DNA of 20,000 nt, from positions 48,882 through 68,881 of the IMG/VR virus record IMGVR_UViG_3300027776_000003; one strand, written 5' to 3'. A model generated the notes under the pieces. It made no database searches and was not told the DNA's origin. It saw only the letters and a program-made list of their open reading frames with translations. Of this stretch, positions 14,203-20,000 are shown piece after piece; the first letter of the stretch is position 1; each line of letters starts with the position of its first letter. The stretch comes from an uncultured virus (IMG/VR IMGVR_UViG_3300027776_000003). Lineage: Duplodnaviria; Heunggongvirae; Uroviricota; Caudoviricetes. A program made the position numbers and the translations under genes.

Positions 14203-15714
14203 TTAGGCTTCCCCCTCCTCGGTGTCGTCCTCTTCGTCGTCGGCCGTGTCCCGCGTGGGCGTCCCGTCGCCGAAGTGCGTGGGGCCATCGTCGGCCGCGT
14301 CCTCCGGCTGCTCGCCCGCTTGTGTGTCCTGCCCCTTGTCCGGCGTGTTGTTCGGTGACGCCGCCCCCGGTGCCCCCGGCTTCTCCTCGCCCTCGGCGCC
14401 CGGCTTCCCCGCGTTGGGGTCCGGCACGGGTGCGTTCAGCTCTTCCTCGGTCGCCTCGGGCAGCGAGCCGGCCTCGCGCACGAACTGGCGCATGTTGGGG
14501 CTGACGGTGAGATAGCCCGCCGTGGTCATGGCCGTGATGTACGTCGAGAGCGCGGCGAGGTCGCGCTTCGACAGGTTGCCATGCCGGAGCTTCGGCGCCC
14601 GGTCCTCGGGGTAGCCGTTCAGCGCCATCCAGCGATGCACGAGCGAGTGCTGGAACTCGCCCTCCATGATGTCCGCAAGCCCGCCCGTGGCGTGCTCGTA
14701 CATCGTCGTCTTGTCCTCGGACAGCGCCCACGAGCCCGTGGACCCTCCACCGCCTAACAACAGCCAGTCGGCGAGCACCGAGGCCGCCATGCGCTTGTCG
14801 TAGCGTTCGAGCGTCGGGTTGAAATCGACGTTCGAGCGGCCGTCGTTCATCTTGTACTCGATGTCGAGCAACGGCACCTTCTGGCCCCCCTGTCCCGGGA
14901 GCCCGCCCGACTCGATCACGTCCGACGGCAACACGATGGCGGCCTGCCGGTCCTCGGCGATCTTTTTCACCGAGGCGACGAACGAGGCATAGAGCGCGCG
15001 CTCGTCCGGCGTCGCGGTCGTCGTCATCCAGCGCATCGGCGCGCGACCCACGACAAGGCCGGCCGAGCGCATGAGCTTCCGCCCCTCGGCCTCTTCGAGC
15101 ACGCGTTTCTGTACGTAATACTTGTAGGCCCCACGCAAGATGCTGCGGCCCTCGGGGTTCGCCGACTCCAGCACCGTGCGCGGGATGCACAGCTTCTCGA
15201 TGGGGATGAAGACGAGCGGCCGGTCGTAGGGCTGTTGCCACATCCCGAGCAGCACGTCGCCCTCGCCCTCGTCGTCGAACTCCCACTGGTTCACGGACGT
15301 CTGCGCGCGATAGGCGATCTTGTCGATGGCCAGCGTGCCCTTCGCCTTGTCGCGTCGGTAGACCAGCTCTAGCGGCGCGTAGCCGTAGATGATCATCGTG
15401 CTCGCGTCCGCGACGACGCCCGGCCACGGCGTCTTGCGGAGGTCCACGAAGAGCATCTTGCGGAACTCGTCGGCGAACCGCTTCGCCTCGCGTGAGTCGT
15501 CCGCCGGCTCTACGCGCCATTGCATCCGGCGGAGGAGCATCTGCACCGAGTAGACCATGCCATGCAGGAGCGCGTCGGTGTACGCCATCTCGCGATACGC
15601 GTACGCGCCGCGCACCCCGTTCAGCTCGGGCACCCAATCCCACGCGAGGAACCCGCCCGCGCGGTTGATGCCGGATGACCCAAGCTCTGAGGTGAAGTCC
15701 TTGATGTTGGCCAT
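14203..15714 (-). CDS. Phage portal protein (DUF935 / Mu gp29-like), 503 aa
   Basis: Directly after terL. Features: ELGSSG, YREM..D, YGYAPLELVY, NPEGRSILRGAY, GSWALSEDK, acidic low-complexity C-tail. MANIKD start preferred over the GTG extension to 15774. Confidence 0.88.
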   Translation of the reverse strand: MANIKDFTSELGSSGINRAGGFLAWDWVPELNGVRGAYAYREMAYTDALLHGMVYSVQMLLRRMQWRVEPADDSREAKRFADEFRKMLFVDLRKTPWPGVVADASTMIIYGYAPLELVYRRDKAKGTLAIDKIAYRAQTSVNQWEFDDEGEGDVLLGMWQQPYDRPLVFIPIEKLCIPRTVLESANPEGRSILRGAYKYYVQKRVLEEAEGRKLMRSAGLVVGRAPMRWMTTTATPDERALYASFVASVKKIAEDRQAAIVLPSDVIESGGLPGQGGQKVPLLDIEYKMNDGRSNVDFNPTLERYDKRMAASVLADWLLLGGGGSTGSWALSEDKTTMYEHATGGLADIMEGEFQHSLVHRWMALNGYPEDRAPKLRHGNLSKRDLAALSTYITAMTTAGYLTVSPNMRQFVREAGSLPEATEEELNAPVPDPNAGKPGAEGEEKPGAPGAASPNNTPDKGQDTQAGEQPEDAADDGPTHFGDGTPTRDTADDEEDDTEEGEA

Positions 15715-15782
15715 GCGTGCCGGAGGTGGGAGAGTCGGCGCAGAATACCGCACGCACCCCGACGGCGCACGCAACTACCGGC

Positions 15783-17453
15783 TCATTCGTCCATCGGGTT
15801 GAACGGGTCCTTTTTCTCCATGAGCGGCAGCTCGGGCAGATCGCCGACCATCCCGCCACGGAAGTAGGCCGAGAGCTTGGCGAAGCCGCCGGCGAGCGCA
15901 TCGGCCACGTCGTCCTTCTGGTCCTTGACGCCGGGGTGGATCGAGGTCAGGAAGTCGAGCAGGATCGAGTTCCATCGACGCTCGGGCGGGAGATGCGCGT
16001 CGCTCACGATCCGCACGTTCCCCGACGCGAGCCACCCGATGAACGGCTCCCATCGCAACTCCTTCTGGCCGACCGCCGGTTCGTTGTGGATGCGGTAGCC
16101 GATGAGCAGCTCGCGCAAGGCTTGCGTGCGCTCGCGCGCGCCTTGGCCGGTCTCCGTCTCCCACCAGATCGGCACCGCCGTGGGATCGGGCCGCACCACG
16201 CCGGTGTCGGGGTCGCGTCGGCCGAACTGCTGCGCGTCGTCGTCCGCCGCTTCACGGATGCGCCGATTGCGGTCCGGCACGCCCCACTGGCCGCAGCGGA
16301 GGTCTTCGATATAGATGATGCCCTTCTGGTCGATGCTCATGCGCGGGCCGGCGGTGTAGTCCGGGTCATCGTCGCCGCTCCCGTCCCGCTCCGTGCCCGC
16401 GAGGTCGTAGTACCTAATGCGGAGCAGCGGGTCGGCCGGCATCGCGTTGACAATCTGGAACCACTCGCGCTTGAACATGGTCCCCTCAGCGGGCCGGGGC
16501 CGCTGGAGGTTCATCGACCACCACCAACGCGGGCCGCGCCGGCGCTTCTTCTTCGCGACGGCAGCTTTGGAGAACCGTTCGGGCTCCAGTACTTCGCCCG
16601 CGCGGCGCCAGTCGGGTTCGAGCGTCGAGGACGGCGGCACGCTCAGCGGCGGATCGAGCACCCGCTCCTCATCGAACACGATGAAGTGCCAGCCGGTCTG
16701 GTCGAGCGCCTCCTGCTCGGTGAGCCAGCCCACGATGTCCAACTGGTGCCACCGCTGCATGATGATCACGAGGGCGCAATTCGGCTCCTCGCGGCTCGTC
16801 CATGTGGATTGCCACCAGTTGATGAGCTTCCGGCGGTAGACCGCGCTGTCGGCCTCCGAGAAGTTCTTGATCGGGTCGTCGAGCAGGAGGAAGTGCGCCC
16901 CGCGTCCGAGGATCGCCCCCATCGCGCCGGCGGCCCACACGCCGCCACGCCCCTGCGTCTGCCAGAGACGCACACTCGCGCGTTTCTTCCCGCCCTTGCG
17001 CTTGGTCTCCTCCTCCTCGGCGACCGAGATGTTCCCGCCACCCTCGACGTAGAGGTCGCGCGCTTCGGCATTCGACTGGTAGGCCAGTTCGGCGCCGTAG
17101 CCGGCCATCCCGGTCCAGAGGTCGGGATACTGTGACGCGATGTAGGCCGCGAACAGATTCAGTAAGAGCGTCTTCCCGTAGCGCGGCGGGATGTTGATGA
17201 TGAGGTAGCGCAAGTCGCCATCCGCGACGCGCTGGAGCTGCGCGATGATGCGCTCGTTATAGCGCCAGAACTTGAAGTTGGGCTTGACGCGCCGGATGAA
17301 GTCGCGGAACCGCTCGCGGGGCGGCGCCGGCGGCACCTCGTCGAGGTCTCGCGCTATCGCCTCGCGTTCCTGCTCGGTGAGCGTCGCAAGGAATGCAGCG
17401 GCCGCCGCCGGGTCCGTCGCGGCCAGCTTGGGCAGCGCAAGCCCTGCCACCAC
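15783..17453 (-). CDS. terL: Terminase large subunit
   Basis: Walker A IPPRYGKT, Walker B LLLDDP, IIMQRWH, nuclease-domain YYDLAG and KDDVAD. Confidence 0.95.
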   Translation of the reverse strand: MVAGLALPKLAATDPAAAAAFLATLTEQEREAIARDLDEVPPAPPRERFRDFIRRVKPNFKFWRYNERIIAQLQRVADGDLRYLIINIPPRYGKTLLLNLFAAYIASQYPDLWTGMAGYGAELAYQSNAEARDLYVEGGGNISVAEEEETKRKGGKKRASVRLWQTQGRGGVWAAGAMGAILGRGAHFLLLDDPIKNFSEADSAVYRRKLINWWQSTWTSREEPNCALVIIMQRWHQLDIVGWLTEQEALDQTGWHFIVFDEERVLDPPLSVPPSSTLEPDWRRAGEVLEPERFSKAAVAKKKRRRGPRWWWSMNLQRPRPAEGTMFKREWFQIVNAMPADPLLRIRYYDLAGTERDGSGDDDPDYTAGPRMSIDQKGIIYIEDLRCGQWGVPDRNRRIREAADDDAQQFGRRDPDTGVVRPDPTAVPIWWETETGQGARERTQALRELLIGYRIHNEPAVGQKELRWEPFIGWLASGNVRIVSDAHLPPERRWNSILLDFLTSIHPGVKDQKDDVADALAGGFAKLSAYFRGGMVGDLPELPLMEKKDPFNPMDE

Positions 17454-17702
17454 CTAACGGGCACGCACGAGTGTCAGCGGGGCGCCGGTCGGTCGTTGGA
17501 CGAGATACCGCTGATGTGACCCGGTGTCGGTCCGCACGAAGGTGACCGCGTGGTCCGTGCCGCAATACCACAGTTGCCCGATCACGTGCGGGGCGAGGCC
17601 ATGCTGTGCCGCGAGCGCCGCGCGGACGTCCCGCATGAATACCGAGAAGAGATCACGCGGATGCTCCTCGGCGAGGAAGGGCGCCATCATCGTCTTACGC
17701 AT
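17454..17702 (-). CDS. ~82-aa hypothetical protein
   Basis: AGGAGG Shine-Dalgarno at 17708-17713 before GTG/ATG (17705/17702); stop abuts the terL start. Confidence 0.7.
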   Translation of the reverse strand: MRKTMMAPFLAEEHPRDLFSVFMRDVRAALAAQHGLAPHVIGQLWYCGTDHAVTFVRTDTGSHQRYLVQRPTGAPLTLVRAR

Positions 17703-18201
17703 CACGGCCTCCTGTCTCGGGACGGTCGAAGATGATGCTGTATGGCGAGAGCCGCGCGGCCAACCGCTCCGCCGGCACCCATAGGTGCGTGAGGTTGGCG
17801 CCGTCCACCACATCGCACGCGGCCGGGTAGACCTCGAACGCGATGGCATCACGGCCGACCAACTCGTCTTTGATCCGCATGAGGTCGTGCCAGTCCCGCA
17901 CCGGGAACGGATCGAGCGACGAGATCATGAGGTGGCACGCCTCCCCCTCGTCCGTCTGGATGGGGCGCACCAGCACGGAATAGTAGCCGTTCTCGTACGC
18001 GTGCGTGACGTCACGCAACAGCGGGTTGTTCGGGCCGTGCCGCTCGCGCATGTCCTGCGTGATCCCGCGCTCGCGCCACAAGGGCCACGGGCGCGGCGCT
18101 TTGCAGACGATGCGCTCGCGTTGTGCCTCGTCCGTGAGGTAGACGGGACGCAGCGCCTTGAGGACCGCTTTCTGTGGGTTGGGTCGCGTGTGTTTCGGCA
18201 T
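17695..18201 (-). CDS. Conserved phage hypothetical protein, 168 aa
   Basis: Pattern WHDLMRIKDELVG...EVYP...DVVDGANLTHLW resembles a widespread uncharacterised phage family (recognised by eye). Confidence 0.8.
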   Translation of the reverse strand: MPKHTRPNPQKAVLKALRPVYLTDEAQRERIVCKAPRPWPLWRERGITQDMRERHGPNNPLLRDVTHAYENGYYSVLVRPIQTDEGEACHLMISSLDPFPVRDWHDLMRIKDELVGRDAIAFEVYPAACDVVDGANLTHLWVPAERLAARLSPYSIIFDRPETGGRDA

Positions 18202-18213
18202 GGTGTCGTGAGC

Positions 18214-18618
18214 CTAACGGCGATGCCGGCGAGCGCCCTCGCGCTCGTCCATCGCCGCCCAATGATTCCGAAGTGTCGTCCGGTACTGGATCGCCTGCTG
18301 TACAAGCCCCGCGAGCGCGGCCCCTTCGGACACGCACGCCTTGACCCACGCATCATGCCCCATGCGCCACGCGCTGAGCAGCCGGCGGAGCGCCACGGTA
18401 TCCGGCGGCTCATCGAGCGCCGGCGCGGGCGGTGGCGCGTCCTCGCGCGGCGCCGGCGCGACGGCGGCCGTTGCGCTCCCCCACGACGCAGCGGACGCGA
18501 GAATCGCCTCGACCGCTTCGGCGGGGATCACGAGCACCATGTCGCCGCTCGTGGCGCCGCTCGCGTGGAACGCATCGAGCGCGTGTCGCAGCTTCGCGAG
18601 GGAGGCGTGCGGGATCAC
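18214..18618 (-). CDS. Hypothetical protein (~134 aa, start uncertain)
   Basis: In-frame GTG at 18618 just after the upstream stop (18620-18622); helical Ala/Leu-rich product. Confidence 0.6.
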   Translation of the reverse strand: MIPHASLAKLRHALDAFHASGATSGDMVLVIPAEAVEAILASAASWGSATAAVAPAPREDAPPPAPALDEPPDTVALRRLLSAWRMGHDAWVKACVSEGAALAGLVQQAIQYRTTLRNHWAAMDEREGARRHRR

Positions 18619-18619
18619 G

Positions 18620-18952
18620 TCACACTTCGGAGATGTACCATTTACGCGGCGCGCCGTACGCCTCGGCCACGTTCGTCGCCCTGAGCATTCCCGCGCGCGT
18701 GCCGTCGCGCAACTCCTGCATGAGCTTGAGGATCGGGTAGCGGGGGCCGCCATCCTCAATGGAGGCGCGCGTCACCGTTGTCGTTCGCTGTTCGCCATCG
18801 ACAAAGGCCACCAGCACGTGTAGCGAATCCTCGAACAGGTCGCCCCACTCCTCGATGTGCGCGACGCGATAGCCCGCCGGGTCGCCCGGCAAGTACCGTT
18901 GCTCAGCGTCGGCCGATGGCACGGCGTCGCTGGCGATGGTCACGCGACCCAC
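18620..18952 (-). CDS. Hypothetical protein (~107-110 aa)
   Basis: ORF track; an alternative GTG at 18943 would form a GTGA overlap with the upstream stop. Confidence 0.7.
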   Translation of the reverse strand: MGRVTIASDAVPSADAEQRYLPGDPAGYRVAHIEEWGDLFEDSLHVLVAFVDGEQRTTTVTRASIEDGGPRYPILKLMQELRDGTRAGMLRATNVAEAYGAPRKWYISEV

Positions 18953-19080
18953 CGCACCGCGATGTCGATGTGAAGCCAGAGGTACCTCAGCGCGAGGTAC
19001 GCCAGCACGCCGAGGAAGAAGCCGATGACCCCAACGACGGTCAGCAACTCTCTTAAGCCCTTGCCCATGTCGCCGTACAT
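18940..19080 (-). CDS. 46-aa single-pass membrane protein (not in ORF track)
   Basis: MYGDMGKGLRELLTVVGVIGFFLGVLAYLALRYLWLHIDIAVRWVA; purine-rich GAGGAGGAG upstream, TGATG overlap with upstream stop; ~20-residue hydrophobic stretch. Confidence 0.75.
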   Translation of the reverse strand: MYGDMGKGLRELLTVVGVIGFFLGVLAYLALRYLWLHIDIAVRWVA

Positions 19081-19508
19081 CACTCCTCCTCTACGGTGAG
19101 GCGCCACGCGGCGGCGATGAGGTCCACCTCTTCGCCCGTCAGGCGCGGCACGCTATCGTCACACAGAATATCACACGCCTTGTTCCACTCCTCCCGCGTG
19201 ATCGTGCGCCGTGCGGGCTCAGGCGGTACGTGTGGCCCAGCCGCATTGAGATAGCGGCTGACCGACTCTGCAATGCGCGGCACTTCCACGCTATGCAGCT
19301 CTGGAATATCGCCGCTGATGAACCCGGCGAACTCGCGTAACGCCGTTTCCACAGGTGACGGTGGTCGCTCCGTCTCAGGCGGCGGCGCGGCTTCAAGGTC
19401 GCGGACGAGTTGCTCGGCAATCACACAACGCGCGTCCTTCCAGTCGTATGTCACGCGTGCCAGCTCGGCCACGATCTTTGCCAGCTGCAACAGTGGGGTG
19501 TCGGTCAT
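19080..19508 (-). CDS. Hypothetical protein, 142 aa
   Basis: GGAGG SD and ATGA overlap with the upstream gene. Confidence 0.75.
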   Translation of the reverse strand: MTDTPLLQLAKIVAELARVTYDWKDARCVIAEQLVRDLEAAPPPETERPPSPVETALREFAGFISGDIPELHSVEVPRIAESVSRYLNAAGPHVPPEPARRTITREEWNKACDILCDDSVPRLTGEEVDLIAAAWRLTVEEE

Positions 19509-19795
19509 GCGTCCCCTCCCAGCGCGGCGAGCACGTCGCCCAAGACTACACGCGACAGTACCACGTCAGGCGCACCGAAGCCGTAGCGGTCGAGTTGCAA
19601 CACCCGCTCCCGCACCCCCGCGAGCTGCGCGCGGAGCGTGGCGAGTTCGGTGTGCAGTTGACTGACCAGCATCAGTTGGTCCGTGTTCGCGTTCGCCACC
19701 TCACCGTCGATGTGCGACGCGTGCTGGTTCAAGACACTCCACGCCTTGCCGATCTTACCGTAGTTGATCTGCGCTCGATCCAGTGTCTCCGTCAT
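19505..19795 (-). CDS. Hypothetical coiled-coil protein, 96 aa
   Basis: GGAGG SD; paralogous C-terminus with the ORF at 19833-20000. Confidence 0.75.
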   Translation of the reverse strand: MTETLDRAQINYGKIGKAWSVLNQHASHIDGEVANANTDQLMLVSQLHTELATLRAQLAGVRERVLQLDRYGFGAPDVVLSRVVLGDVLAALGGDA

Positions 19796-20000
19796 CCCTC
19801 CCCCTTCGCCGCAACCGCCTCGGCCATATCACTCACGCGGCACCTCCCAGCGCGGCGAGCACGTCGTCGAAGTAGCACCAGCCTCCCCAGTCGCACTTCT
19901 CCATCTCCGCGCGACCGGCGAAATAGCCTTCCACCGGAATGTACCGCTCCAGCTTCTCGGCCTTCTCCCGCACCCCCGCGAGCTGCGCGCGGAGCGTGGC
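19515..20000. repeat. Two pairs of exact direct repeats: 36 bp (19607-19642 = 19965-20000) and 24 bp (19515-19538 = 19843-19866)
   Basis: ctcccgcacccccgcgagctgcgcgcggagcgtggc twice; cctcccagcgcggcgagcacgtcg twice. Confidence 0.95.
19833..20000 (-). CDS. Hypothetical protein, 5' end beyond window; paralog of 19505-19795
   Basis: ...ATLRAQLAGVREKAEKLERY...FDDVLAALGGAA*. Confidence 0.75.
   Translation of the reverse strand, partial: ATLRAQLAGVREKAEKLERYIPVEGYFAGRAEMEKCDWGGWCYFDDVLAALGGAA

Noticed and set aside
14126..17135. 591-aa minus ORF (14126-15901) and 472-aa plus ORF (15717-17135)
   Set aside because: Alternative-frame or antisense overlaps of portal and terL with low-complexity Arg-rich products.
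18940..19080. 46-aa membrane protein as a holin
   Set aside because: No endolysin or spanin nearby; a single hydrophobic helix is not sufficient evidence.

Overview
GC-rich (visually ~70%) tailed-phage or prophage segment with all credible genes on the minus strand. Read in gene direction (right to left) it has small hypothetical genes (two of them paralogs), a terminase large subunit (15783-17453), a DUF935-like portal (14203-15714), a 72-aa ORF, and a 700-aa ADP-ribosyltransferase + HD-domain protein (11878-13980). These are followed by a giant ORF that the supplied track omits because it runs off the window edge: ATG at 11881, no in-frame stop down to position 2, at least 3960 aa by my codon-by-codon hand translation. 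It is a MuF-containing polyvalent protein with the order GNAT, HExxH peptidase, GNAT, R-S-E ART, MuF, HExxH peptidase, JAB, ART-PolyVal-like, R-S-E ART (paralog), GNAT, ART-PolyVal-like, HGT-type ART. Nearly every enzymatic module is preceded by a short peptide tag (e.g. K-[YF]-D-x-x-Q-P-R-x(n)-G-G-[QR]-W; 12 copies across the two genes), and each tag starts at a hydrophobic-x-Lys site. This suggests a protease-processed, capsid-loaded effector polyprotein (inference). Separately, the octamer GCCTAAC[AG] is strongly over-represented. Domain calls come from motif recognition by eye; no searches were run.
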